Shown: positions 1 through 9,084 of the stretch, piece after piece | Numbering within the stretch: the first letter of the stretch is position 1 | Layout of the letters: the number at the start of each line of letters is the position of its first letter | From: Chlorobaculum sp. | GTDB taxonomy: Bacteria; Bacteroidota; Chlorobiia; Chlorobiales; Chlorobiaceae | NCBI GenBank assembly: GCA_035561035.1 | Contig: DATMYI010000064.1 | Location: forward strand, 6,414 to 70,413 | Length of the DNA: 64,000 nucleotides | Reading direction: 5' to 3' | Made by a program: the position numbers and the translations under genes | Notes under the pieces: model-generated | What the model saw: the letters and a program-made list of their open reading frames with translations, nothing else | What the model was told of the DNA's origin: nothing | The model's database searches: none

Positions 1-1
1 C

Positions 2-880
2 GGCCGCGATGGCCAGGTTTTTGCTTCGCCCGAGCACGCTCAGGTCTACGGCCGGGTGGTCGGTGTGCAACTCCTGCCAGACGAACAGCAGGAGCGAAAC
101 GACGGCTACGATGGTGAAGAAGGTGATATAGGGGGTATCGAACCAGTCCTTGGATTCGCCGCGTTCGAGGATGAACTGCAGCGAGCCGATGCCCACGGCA
201 AGCAGCCCGATACCGGCCCAGTCGATCTTCTGCACGAGGTGCTTGACCTTCGGTTCCTTGACGAAGGTGAGCGCCGCCCATGCGGCAAACAGACCCACGG
301 GAATATTGACGAAGAAGCACCACTCCCATGCGAAGTAATCCACGAGGTACCCTCCCAGCAGCGGCCCGAAGGTCGGCCCGAGCACCAGCCCCATCGAAAA
401 GATACCCGTGGCCGTTCCCCGCTCCTCCGGCTTGAAGGTCTCGTAGAGGATGGCTTGGGATGTAGGCAGGAGCGCTCCTCCACCGATGCCCTGGATGAAA
501 CGGAAGATCACCAGCATCCAGATGTTGGTCGACAGGCCGCAGAACAGCGAGGCGAGCGTGAAAAGCAGGATCGACCCGACGAAGTAGTTGCGTCGACCGA
601 GCAGGTTGCCGAGGAAGCCCGAGAGCGGAATGATGATCACGTTGGCGATGGCGTAGCTCGTCACCACCCATGAAACGTCTTCAATGCTTGCGCCGAGATT
701 GCCGCTGATGTGGTTGAGCGCAACGTTGACGATGGTGGTGTCGATCAGTTCGAGCATGGCCGCGATGATGACCGTCACCGTGATGATCACTTTCTTGAGC
801 CCCACTTCGTAATGTGGCGCCGGCTGGGGTGCCGTTTCGGCGATGAAGCCGTCGGCCTCTCCTGTCGTTTCTACAGTCAT
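2..880 (-). CDS. emrB: DHA2 family (EmrB/QacA) MFS efflux permease, 5' part (runs off window start)
   Basis: Manual translation from ATG at 880: MTVETTGEADG...IIAAMLELIDTTIVNVALNHISGNLGASIEDVSWVVTSYAIANVIIIPLSG, the typical EmrB TM1-TM2 motif; lies directly downstream of an EmrA-like gene; not in the ORF track because it has no stop in the window. Confidence 0.92.
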   Translation of the reverse strand, partial: MTVETTGEADGFIAETAPQPAPHYEVGLKKVIITVTVIIAAMLELIDTTIVNVALNHISGNLGASIEDVSWVVTSYAIANVIIIPLSGFLGNLLGRRNYFVGSILLFTLASLFCGLSTNIWMLVIFRFIQGIGGGALLPTSQAILYETFKPEERGTATGIFSMGLVLGPTFGPLLGGYLVDYFAWEWCFFVNIPVGLFAAWAALTFVKEPKVKHLVQKIDWAGIGLLAVGIGSLQFILERGESKDWFDTPYITFFTIVAVVSLLLFVWQELHTDHPAVDLSVLGRSKNLAIAA

Positions 881-899
881 GATAACGTGTTTCTGAGCC

Positions 900-1892
900 T
901 TATTTTACTTTCACTTCCACAATCACGTTCATGCCTGCAGACAGCGGTTTGTCCGGTTTTTCGGTGAAGACGATTTTCACCGGCACCCGCTGCGTCACCT
1001 TCACGAAATTGCCGCTGGCGTTGTCGGGAGGCAGCAGCGTGAATTTCGCGCCGGTACCTGACGAGATCGATTCGACCTTACCCTTGAACTCCTTGCCGGG
1101 AAATGCGTCGACCTGGATGACCACCGGCTGGCCGGGACGTACGTTTTCGAGCTGTGTCTCCTTGAAGTTGGCCACTACCCAGAGATCATTGCTGCCCACG
1201 ATCGCGATGAGCTGCTGACCCGGGGTGACATACTGGCCGGGCTGTATGTTTTTCCTCGAGATATGTCCTGCCGCGGGTGCGGTTATGGTCGTCCACGAGA
1301 GCTGGAGTTCGGCGTTTTTCAACTCGGCTTCACGGAGTTTCACCTGCGCCATGGCGGCTTCATACTGGTCGCCTGCAGCGGCTTGTTTTGCCGTGGACGC
1401 GGTTGCTCCGGCCTGGACTGCGTCAAGTTCCGACTGCGAAATGACGTCCTGACGCTGCAGGTTCCTGCTGCGCCTGAGATCGGCATCGAGCTTTTTCCGG
1501 TTGGCTCCCGCCTCGCTGATTTGCGCATTGGCGCCTGAGACGGCAGCCTTTGCGTTCAGCAGTGCCGCGGCCGCGATGTCGCGCTTGACCTGGTAATCGG
1601 CAGGATCGAGCCTGATGAGCGCGTCCCCGGCCGAGACGGCCTGGTTGTCATTTGCCGTCACCTCGATCACCTTGCCGGGAATACGTGAAATGACCGGGTA
1701 GATATCTCCTTCGATCTGGGCATTGTCGGTTTCTACGTACAGGAACGACCGGTAAAGCTTGAATCCGCCCCATATGACTCCCGCGATGAGCAGGACGCCG
1801 AATATGGCCAGGCGGATCCAGGATTTCTCGTTTTCCGGCTTGTTTGTTTCGGGGTCCGGTGTTTCATGGTTATGGTTTTTCGTTACTGCCAT
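900..1892 (-). CDS. emrA: HlyD/EmrA family membrane fusion protein
   Basis: N-terminal TM, ETDNAQIEG, ANFKETQL and LLPPDNASGNFVKVTQRVPVKI motifs. Confidence 0.93.
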   Translation of the reverse strand: MAVTKNHNHETPDPETNKPENEKSWIRLAIFGVLLIAGVIWGGFKLYRSFLYVETDNAQIEGDIYPVISRIPGKVIEVTANDNQAVSAGDALIRLDPADYQVKRDIAAAALLNAKAAVSGANAQISEAGANRKKLDADLRRSRNLQRQDVISQSELDAVQAGATASTAKQAAAGDQYEAAMAQVKLREAELKNAELQLSWTTITAPAAGHISRKNIQPGQYVTPGQQLIAIVGSNDLWVVANFKETQLENVRPGQPVVIQVDAFPGKEFKGKVESISSGTGAKFTLLPPDNASGNFVKVTQRVPVKIVFTEKPDKPLSAGMNVIVEVKVK

Positions 1893-1898
1893 GGCTGA

Positions 1899-2381
1899 TC
1901 AATCGTTGGAGTTTGACAATGCTTCGATGTTTTCAAATAGGGCAGGAGACTCTGCCTCGACAGTTTCCGGTGATTTCAGGACCAGAACCGGGCATGGCGC
2001 ATGGCGCATGACCGTTTCTGTCGTGCTGCCGACCAGAAGCCGTAAAATGTTGCTGGTGCCGTGTGAACCGAGCACGATCATATCGCTTTTCTGGGTTCTG
2101 GCATAGGAGATGATCGCTTCTGCCGGCGATCCGTATTCCACGGCGAACCGGACCTTGCATCCATAATCAGAGAGCAGGTCAGAATATCGGGAGAACTGAT
2201 GCAGGTGCTCTTTCAGCAAAGTGCCCCGGTCGTTCGAACCGGGAGTGTCTATATGGAGGACGATCAGTTCGGCGTCGCCTGAATAGAGCTCTGCGACGTG
2301 CAGGAGCGCCCTCTCGGAAGAAGGAGAGAAGTCAACCGGAAAGAGGATGGTTCTGGATGATTTTGTTCTGGTCTTGGTCAT
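1899..2381 (-). CDS. Universal stress protein (single USP domain)
   Basis: ILFPVDFSPSSERAL...DMIVLGSHG...LLVGSTTETVMRHAPCPVLV. Confidence 0.92.
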   Translation of the reverse strand: MTKTRTKSSRTILFPVDFSPSSERALLHVAELYSGDAELIVLHIDTPGSNDRGTLLKEHLHQFSRYSDLLSDYGCKVRFAVEYGSPAEAIISYARTQKSDMIVLGSHGTSNILRLLVGSTTETVMRHAPCPVLVLKSPETVEAESPALFENIEALSNSND

Positions 2382-2393
2382 GGTGACGTCCTT

Positions 2394-3722
2394 TTATTGC
2401 CTGATCAGGTCGCCGGCGGCGCGCCTGACCGAATAGGCGTTCAGTACATATTCGTATCGTGCCTGCAGGTTGGCCAGTTCCGCCTCGGCAAGCGAATTTT
2501 CTGCATCGAGCAGGTCGAGCGTGGTGGCCAGGCCGTTCTGGTGGCGGATCCTTGCGTGCTGGGCGGCCAGATCGGCCTGTGAGACCTGAAGTCTGGTCGT
2601 TTCGATTTTCTCAATGCTGGTCTTCAGCGAGTTGACCGACTGGCGGACTTCTGCATCGACCAGTTCCTCGGTGTCAATCCTTTCCTGCTCGGCGGAGCGC
2701 ATCATTGCCGCAGCCTCCCTGGTCGTCGCGCTGGTTCTGAATCCGGTAAAGATCGGCACCCTGATTTCTACACCTGCCGCCACGTTGGGGCGCATCGTAT
2801 CAAGCTCCGGAACGTAGCCGTTGGTCGTTCCCCAGGAGGCGCTGCCTACGATTTTCGGCATCCCCTCTTTTGCCGCAAGCGATTTCCTGTAGGTTGCCGC
2901 CTTGAGGTTTTCACGGGCAAGCAGGTTTTCGGGGCGCTGCTGGAAAGCCTCCGAAGCAAGCGTTGAGGCATCCCTGTCGGTGGCGGCCACTTCGAAAGTA
3001 CCCTTCAGATTCAGGGGGGCGTCCCCTTTGATCCCGCAGAGGCGTCGTAGAGATATCTCCTGGTTGTCGAGCTGGTTCTGAAGGTCGATTTTGCGGTTAC
3101 CGGCCGAAGCGAGGCGAACCTGCGTGGTCAGGAGGTCGAAACGGGTGGAGACCCCCTCATTGTAGCGCTTCTGCATATTGCCGAGACTCTGCTGCAGTGT
3201 GGCGATCTCCTTCTCCTGCACCTTCACGGCTTCCCTGAGGAAAATCACGGAGTAGAATGCTTTGACGGTCGAGAGCGAAAGGTCGCGAAGGGTCATATCC
3301 TGCCGGATTCCGGCCGCGTTTTTTCCCGAAACGGCAAGATCGACCGTTCGACCTGTCCGGCCGAAATCGTAGATCATCATCTCGGCCATGATGCGGGCGT
3401 CGTAGTTGTTGTTCGGCATGAACTTCATGGTCATTCCGCCGAGGGATATCTCTGAAACCGGGTCCAGATAGCGGTAACCCGCTTTGGCCGACACCTGCGG
3501 GAAATATCCGCTGCGCCCCTCGGCGACCTTCGCTTCCGCGGCTTTAACCTCTTCCGACGCCTGACGGGCCTTCGGGTTATGCTCCCGTGTCAGGCGCAAG
3601 GCGTCGTCGAGCGTCAATGACTCGGGCGATAGAGAGACATTGTCCGCAGCCAGGCATGGACGGGCCGTCGCCACGCCGGCTGCGAGCATGATCAGGGCGA
3701 CGATGGTTTTGCTTTTCTTCAT
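2394..3722 (-). CDS. TolC family outer-membrane efflux protein
   Basis: Signal peptide MKKSKTIVALIMLAAG...A (start moved to ATG 3722); OEP repeats RYNEGVSTRFDLL and HQNGLATTLDLLDAE. Confidence 0.9.
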   Translation of the reverse strand: MKKSKTIVALIMLAAGVATARPCLAADNVSLSPESLTLDDALRLTREHNPKARQASEEVKAAEAKVAEGRSGYFPQVSAKAGYRYLDPVSEISLGGMTMKFMPNNNYDARIMAEMMIYDFGRTGRTVDLAVSGKNAAGIRQDMTLRDLSLSTVKAFYSVIFLREAVKVQEKEIATLQQSLGNMQKRYNEGVSTRFDLLTTQVRLASAGNRKIDLQNQLDNQEISLRRLCGIKGDAPLNLKGTFEVAATDRDASTLASEAFQQRPENLLARENLKAATYRKSLAAKEGMPKIVGSASWGTTNGYVPELDTMRPNVAAGVEIRVPIFTGFRTSATTREAAAMMRSAEQERIDTEELVDAEVRQSVNSLKTSIEKIETTRLQVSQADLAAQHARIRHQNGLATTLDLLDAENSLAEAELANLQARYEYVLNAYSVRRAAGDLIRQ

Positions 3723-3757
3723 GGTCCGGTATGGTTTTTTTTCTATAACAAGTAAAG

Positions 3758-3773
3758 TGCAATAACCATGCCA
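3758..3773 (-). promoter_or_regulatory. sigma54 (-24/-12) promoter of the tolC-usp-emrA-emrB operon
   Basis: Minus strand TGGCATGGTTATTGCA matches TGGCAY-N5-TTGCW with exact GG-N10-GC spacing, about 35 nt upstream of the tolC ATG and next to a sigma54 activator gene. Confidence 0.85.
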
Positions 3774-3857
3774 AAGTTCCTGTTGGCTCAGGGCGCCCCG
3801 AAAGGCTTGCCTGTAGCGGTATTCACCGATCGGCAATTCATCTCTGCTTTAGAGGCT

Positions 3858-3909
3858 ATTCTGAATTAATCGGAATATTCTGTATATTGGATTCCGAAAT
3901 AATCAGAAT
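3858..3909. promoter_or_regulatory. Two palindromic putative enhancer (UAS) sites ATTCYGA-N5-TCRGAAT
   Basis: ATTCTGA-ATTAA-TCGGAAT (3858-3876) and ATTCCGA-AATAA-TCAGAAT (3891-3909), 33 bp apart. Confidence 0.7.
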
Positions 3910-3916
3910 TCATATC

Positions 3917-6022
3917 ATGAACACCAGATCACTGTCCGAATCGCGTCAGCTCATGCAGTACATCGCCGACGCCATCGGGACTATCCGCGATCCCCAGGAA
4001 CTCTTCCGCACGGTAACGGACAAGCTCCGGCTCATCTTTTCGTTCGATTCGGCGGTCATCGTCACGATCGACAAGGACCGACGCCATATCAGCGTTTTCT
4101 TCGAAATGCTCAGGTTCGAGGTTCCAGAGGAGCACCGGCGCCAGAAACGACTGATCGTCGGCACCTGGATATCAAAGCATCTGGACGATCGTTCTGTTAC
4201 GACAATAAACCTCGACGGTGATCTCCCGGGGCCCGGCGACCAGGACTCTCCGCTGCTCAGGATGCTCCACGATCTCGGAATGCGACAGCTTGTGCTCTCT
4301 CCCCTGCGTTCGGGTGGCCAGGTGATCGGGTTCCTGAACTTCGTCTCAAGGGCGGCGCAGGAGTGGAACGAGAGCGACCGGGAGTTGCTGGCAGGGGTCT
4401 CATCATCGATCGCCGTAGCCGTCAGCAACTCGCTCGCCTACGAGGAACTTCGCCAGCGGGAGGCCGAGACGGCCATGCAGCTCGCCGTGAACAACGCCCT
4501 GCTGACCATCAACGACCGGAGCCGGATGATGATGGCCGTCTGCGAGCAGATCAGCAAACTCGTACCGTGCTTCTTTGTCGGCATCAGGGTCGTCGGTGAT
4601 GACGGCAAGTTCCGCATCTTCGACAATTTCATGCGTGAGCCCGACCAGAGCTTCATTCCGTTTTCACCGTTTGAAACGCTTGATGTTGCCGGTGACGAGC
4701 GGATCGTTCGTGAAGGAGCCGAAGTGCTTTCGAGGCCGGGAGTCTATTCTGGCGCCCGCTTCGACGAACTCTGCGGCGAGTTCAGGCTTGTGGCGATGGT
4801 CCGGGACCGCTTCGGCATCCGATCGACAATCATCCTCCAGCTCTGGGACCTTCCGGGGAGCAGGGCTGGCCTCATCATTTCAGGATCCGATACCGATTTC
4901 GGTGAATCGGAGCTTGCGACCGTCAGGCTTATCTTGCCGCAGCTCACCCTCGCCCTGCAGAATTACCTGGCCTTCGACGAGATCGACAGGCTGCGCCGCA
5001 AGCTCGAAGGCGAACGGACCTACCTGGTCGAGGAGATCCGTGCGGCGCACAACTTCGAGGAGATCATCGGAAACAGCGCCCCGCTTGCCGCCGTGCTGCG
5101 GCGGGTAAGCCAGGTCGCTCCGACCGATGCGACCGTGCTGATACAGGGAGAGACCGGCACAGGCAAGGAGCTGATCGCCAGGGCGATACACAACCTTTCT
5201 CCAAGGAAGGAGCGTGTGCTGGTCAGGGTCAACTGTGCGGCCCTGCCCGCATCGCTGATCGAGTCCGAACTTTTCGGCCATGAGCGGGGCAGTTTCACCG
5301 GCGCGACCGAGCGCCGCATAGGCAAGTTCGAGCTGGCTGACGGCGGCACCATCTTTCTCGACGAGATCGGCGAACTTCCTCTCGAACTGCAGGCCAAGAT
5401 GCTCAGGGTGCTTCAGGAGCGGGATATCGAACGCATCGGCGGCAGGCAGGTGATTCCGGTCGACGTGCGGGTGATCGCCGCGACCAACAGGGACCTCGAA
5501 AAGGAGGTCGCCGCAGGACGGTTCCGCGAAGACCTGTTCTTCAGGCTGAACGCCTTTCCCCTGTCGCTTCCGGCGCTCAGGGAACGGCGCGACGACATTC
5601 CCGTGCTCGCCATGCATTTCGCCGGCAAGTACGCCCGCGAGTTCGGTCGACCGGTGCGGGCCATCAGGGAGAGCGACATCCGCGAACTGACTTCCCGCGA
5701 CTGGAAGGGAAACATCAGGGAGATATCCCACTGTGTCGAACAGGCGGTAATTCTTTCGGAGGGCGAGACGCTCGATTTCTCATCGGTATTGACGCCCAGG
5801 GAAGCCGGATCGATTCCTGCCGCACAGACCGAATTGGTCACGATGCACGATTTCGAAGAAGAGGTCAAGGTCATGGAGCGCAAGCTCATTCTCGATGCCC
5901 TGAATCGCTCCGGAGGGCGGGTCAGCGGAGAGGGGGGGGCTGCTGAACTGCTCGAGATCAACGCCAAGACGCTCTACTCCCGAATCGACAAACTTGGTAT
6001 CCGCAAGCGTTACAGCGAGTGA
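3917..6022 (+). CDS. sigma54-dependent enhancer-binding protein (GAF-GAF-AAA+-HTH, FhlA-like)
   Basis: GETGTGKE Walker A, ESELFGHERGSFTGA loop, FLDEIGE Walker B, C-terminal GAAELLEINAKTLYSRIDKLGI HTH; ATG at 3917. Confidence 0.93.
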   Translation: MNTRSLSESRQLMQYIADAIGTIRDPQELFRTVTDKLRLIFSFDSAVIVTIDKDRRHISVFFEMLRFEVPEEHRRQKRLIVGTWISKHLDDRSVTTINLDGDLPGPGDQDSPLLRMLHDLGMRQLVLSPLRSGGQVIGFLNFVSRAAQEWNESDRELLAGVSSSIAVAVSNSLAYEELRQREAETAMQLAVNNALLTINDRSRMMMAVCEQISKLVPCFFVGIRVVGDDGKFRIFDNFMREPDQSFIPFSPFETLDVAGDERIVREGAEVLSRPGVYSGARFDELCGEFRLVAMVRDRFGIRSTIILQLWDLPGSRAGLIISGSDTDFGESELATVRLILPQLTLALQNYLAFDEIDRLRRKLEGERTYLVEEIRAAHNFEEIIGNSAPLAAVLRRVSQVAPTDATVLIQGETGTGKELIARAIHNLSPRKERVLVRVNCAALPASLIESELFGHERGSFTGATERRIGKFELADGGTIFLDEIGELPLELQAKMLRVLQERDIERIGGRQVIPVDVRVIAATNRDLEKEVAAGRFREDLFFRLNAFPLSLPALRERRDDIPVLAMHFAGKYAREFGRPVRAIRESDIRELTSRDWKGNIREISHCVEQAVILSEGETLDFSSVLTPREAGSIPAAQTELVTMHDFEEEVKVMERKLILDALNRSGGRVSGEGGAAELLEINAKTLYSRIDKLGIRKRYSE

Positions 6023-6153
6023 AAAAGATGGAAACGTTTTTTTCCTTATCTTTGGACAGTGGTTATTTCTGCAATCACCTGTTGCATGGAAATACCATTC
6101 CCCGTTTTTCAAAGGTTGTATCCCCAGATAATAAAACCTAAATCTCAAGCAAC

Positions 6154-6963
6154 ATGAAAAAAATCTCCCGTTGTCTGTTCGCCGTCGTTCTGCTGCCGGC
6201 CCTTTTACTGTCGGCCTGCGGCGGGAAAAAAGGCCCGAATGAATCAGCTTCTTCCGCAGGTAAAGAGCAATCGGCACCGCTGATCGCCGGTCCCTTTGAA
6301 GGTATCATGTACATGACCACCACCATTCCCGGTGCGGCGAAGGGCGAGATGAAGCTCTTCATCGGCAAGAAAGGGGTTCGCACCGAAACCAAAACGAGCG
6401 TCGACGGCAAGTCCGGCAGCATGGCCATGACCATCATATCGCCCTCCGAGACACCTGACAAGGTTTACATCGTCAACGAGGCCAACGGGAGCAGCATGGA
6501 GATGGATATTTCGAAGGTCCGGAAAGAGGGTACCGGCAACCCGTTCAAGAACGCGAAAATCGAAAATCTCGGAAAGGAAAAAGTCAACGGCTACAATTGC
6601 GACCACATCAGGATCAGTGAGCCCGGCAGGGACACCGTCATCGAGATGTGGGTCACCAAGGACATTCTCGACTACTTCACCTACGCCCGCATGCAGGGCG
6701 GACGCGACAAGAGCATGTCCGAACTGGCTGAAAAGCTCAAGGCCGAAGGACTCGACGGTTTTCCGGTCAAAACCCTGCTGAAACCTTCCGGCGTCGTGAC
6801 CGAGCTGACGAAGGTCGAGCGCACATCCCTCGACGACAAACTGTTCACGGCCCCGGCAAACGCCACGAAGATGGAGATCCCGACAGGCCCCCAGGGAATG
6901 TCGAAAGAGAAGATAAAAGCGATGCAGGAGATGGCCCGCAAAATGCAGCAGCAGAAGGAGTAG
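6154..6963 (+). CDS. Exported lipoprotein, DUF4412-like
   Basis: Lipobox LLLSACGG; LGKEKVNGYNCDH...EMWVTKD...GFPVKT...LDDKLFTAP pattern typical of DUF4412/GLPGLI-like proteins. Confidence 0.7.
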   Translation: MKKISRCLFAVVLLPALLLSACGGKKGPNESASSAGKEQSAPLIAGPFEGIMYMTTTIPGAAKGEMKLFIGKKGVRTETKTSVDGKSGSMAMTIISPSETPDKVYIVNEANGSSMEMDISKVRKEGTGNPFKNAKIENLGKEKVNGYNCDHIRISEPGRDTVIEMWVTKDILDYFTYARMQGGRDKSMSELAEKLKAEGLDGFPVKTLLKPSGVVTELTKVERTSLDDKLFTAPANATKMEIPTGPQGMSKEKIKAMQEMARKMQQQKE

Positions 6964-7010
6964 TGTTGATAATGAATGCGATGCTGCCATGAAATGGCAG
7001 TCAGGAGCGA

Positions 7011-7040
7011 AAAAGGGCTGCCTGCAAAGGCGGCCCTTTT
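7011..7040. terminator. Intrinsic terminator hairpin, possibly bidirectional
   Basis: AAAAGGGCTGCCT-GCAA-AGGCGGCCCTTTT between convergent genes. Confidence 0.7.
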
Positions 7041-7128
7041 AGTTGGAATGTTCACCACGACCCCGGCCACCGGGAATATTGATATAGTGCAAGCTTGTTC
7101 AGTGTCTTCTGAAAGCACACGCTAATGC

Positions 7129-7267
7129 AAAGATATCAAATGACTAAGAGGACTCAAAGGACGAAGACGAGCAAAAGGTCCGTATGGCCTCAAAGTGCCG
7201 AACGGAAACAGGCATTATTTTCTTCACTAATTCGTCCTTTACGTCACTTATGTCCTTTTGGTCATTT
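7129..7267. repeat. Inverted pair of degenerate 9-bp tandem arrays (AARGGACNN family), no ORF between them
   Basis: Forward: AAAGATATC AAATGACTA AGAGGACTC AAAGGACGA (7129-7164). Reverse complement of 7232-7267: AAATGACCA AAAGGACAT AAGTGACGT AAAGGACGA. Confidence 0.7.
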
Positions 7268-7275
7268 CCTCATTC

Positions 7276-8469
7276 CTATCCGCAGATTTCCCTGATCGCT
7301 CCTGCGATGATGGGGATGCCCTTCTCGATCTCTTCCGGGGTGTTGTTGCAGTAGGAGATGCGCATGGTGTCGTTGCGCGTGCCGTCGGGGTCGAAGGTGC
7401 TGCCGGTGACGAATACCGCGCCACGTTCGATGGCGAGTTTGAGGATCCTTGTCGAGTCGGTGCCTTCGGGCAGGGTGAGCCAGATGTAGAAGCCGCCGCG
7501 CGGTTCGTTCCATTTCACGTAATCCGGCAGAGATCGCCTGAGGGCGTCGCTCATGCATGCGGCCCGCCGCTTGTACTCCTGCCGAACCGAGGCGATGTAG
7601 GGATCGATCCTGCCCGAGCGGATGAAGGCGTCCGCGATGACCTGGCTGAAGCTCGGCGAGCAGGCGTCGGCGGACTGCTTGATGAGCTCGCATTTCTCAT
7701 AGATCGATTCCGGTGCGAGCATCCAGCCGAGGCGCAGGCCGGGGCCGAGTATCTTGGAGAACGAGCCGATGTAGCAGACGTCGATTCCTTCCGGGTCGAT
7801 GGACTTGATCGGCTGCAATCGCCCGAGATCATCTTCGCTGAACCAGAGGTCTCCGTAGGCGTCGTCCTCGATGAGGGGAACGTCGCGTCCCTGAAGGGTT
7901 TCGATAAGTTGCCGCTTGCGCTCCGTGCCGTAGAGCAGGCCTGCCGGGTTGTGGAAGTAGGGGGTGATGTAGAGGAACTTCGCCGGATCGGGACGTTGAA
8001 CCTCCTGGCTCAACCGTTCGATGTCGATGCCCTCCTCGTCGACCGGAAGCGCGACGATCTCTGCCCCGCAGGCGCGGAAGGCCGAAATCGCCCCGATGAA
8101 GCATGGATATTCGGTCAGCACCCGATCTCCGGGATCGACGAACGCCCTTGCCAGAATGCTGAGCGCCTGCTGCGAGCCGGTGGTGATCATGAGCCGGTTG
8201 CTCATTACCGGCAGCCCCTTTCGTTCCAGGAACCCTCCGAGCGATTCGAGCAGCGAAGGCAGGCCTGGCGTCGGGCCGTACTGGAAGGCGGCACGTTTGG
8301 ATGTTGTATCGAGCCCCCTGAAAAGCTCTTCGACCTGATCAACAGGAAACAGCTCGTTACCGGGCATACCCCCGGCGAACGAGATGATGTCCGGCCGCGA
8401 AGCAAGGCTCATGAGCTCCCTGATTGCCGAGGAGCGAAGTGCTGAAACCGAGGCTGAGAATCTTGGCAT
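7276..8469 (-). CDS. PLP-dependent class I/II aminotransferase (LysN/ARO8-like, probably aromatic amino acids)
   Basis: SSAIREL...ISFAGGMP, ITTGSQQAL, FHNPAG, IEDDAYG, GSFSKILGPGLRLGW. Confidence 0.9.
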   Translation of the reverse strand: MPRFSASVSALRSSAIRELMSLASRPDIISFAGGMPGNELFPVDQVEELFRGLDTTSKRAAFQYGPTPGLPSLLESLGGFLERKGLPVMSNRLMITTGSQQALSILARAFVDPGDRVLTEYPCFIGAISAFRACGAEIVALPVDEEGIDIERLSQEVQRPDPAKFLYITPYFHNPAGLLYGTERKRQLIETLQGRDVPLIEDDAYGDLWFSEDDLGRLQPIKSIDPEGIDVCYIGSFSKILGPGLRLGWMLAPESIYEKCELIKQSADACSPSFSQVIADAFIRSGRIDPYIASVRQEYKRRAACMSDALRRSLPDYVKWNEPRGGFYIWLTLPEGTDSTRILKLAIERGAVFVTGSTFDPDGTRNDTMRISYCNNTPEEIEKGIPIIAGAIREICG

Positions 8470-8575
8470 TGTTAGAGATCTTGGAGATAAATATTTACCC
8501 GGTAATAAGATATTGGGCTGAAGCCCAGGGCAACTGAAGAAAATCCAGAATCAAATTACCCCGGGTTTTAACCTT

Positions 8576-8611
8576 ATGTCCCTTTGGTCCCTTGAGTCCT
8601 TTATGTCCTTT
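8576..8611 (-). repeat. 9-bp tandem array (AARGGACNN x4)
   Basis: Minus strand AAAGGACAT AAAGGACTC AAGGGACCA AAGGGACAT, with degenerate extension toward 8640. Confidence 0.8.
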
Positions 8612-8644
8612 TAACTCTTCAGCTCCTTTGAACTCCTTCTTTCT

Positions 8645-9073
8645 TCAAAGCTGGTAGACGTCACCCGCTTTCAGCAGCTCCAGTTTGTGCATCTGAAGGA
8701 CTTCGATGGCCCGTTTGGACTCGTCGGTCCGGATGACCACAGTCGCCCGGTCCTCCGAGGTCGCGAAGGCGTACATGTAGTCGATGGAGATGCCGTTGTC
8801 CGACAGGATCTGGAGCGACCGGTGCAGTCCGCCTGGCTTGTGCGGTATGATCAGGCAGATGACATCGGTAATTTTGACGGCGAAACCGTTCTCCTTGAGC
8901 ACCTTTTCGGCCAGTTCCGGCTTGCCGGTGATCATGCGCAGGATACCGAAGTCGGCCGTATCCGCGATGCTGAAGGCCGAGATGTTGATGTCGTTGTCAG
9001 CGAGGATGCCGGTCAGTTCGGTCAGGCGCCCGGCCCTGTTTTCCAGAAATACCGAAAGTTGCTTGATGATCAT
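8645..9073 (-). CDS. ACT domain protein (double ACT, paaK-associated)
   Basis: MIIKQLSVFLENRAGRL...INISAFSIADTADFGILRMI...HKPGGL...IDYMYAF. Confidence 0.9.
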   Translation of the reverse strand: MIIKQLSVFLENRAGRLTELTGILADNDINISAFSIADTADFGILRMITGKPELAEKVLKENGFAVKITDVICLIIPHKPGGLHRSLQILSDNGISIDYMYAFATSEDRATVVIRTDESKRAIEVLQMHKLELLKAGDVYQL

Positions 9074-9084
9074 GATGCCTCCGG

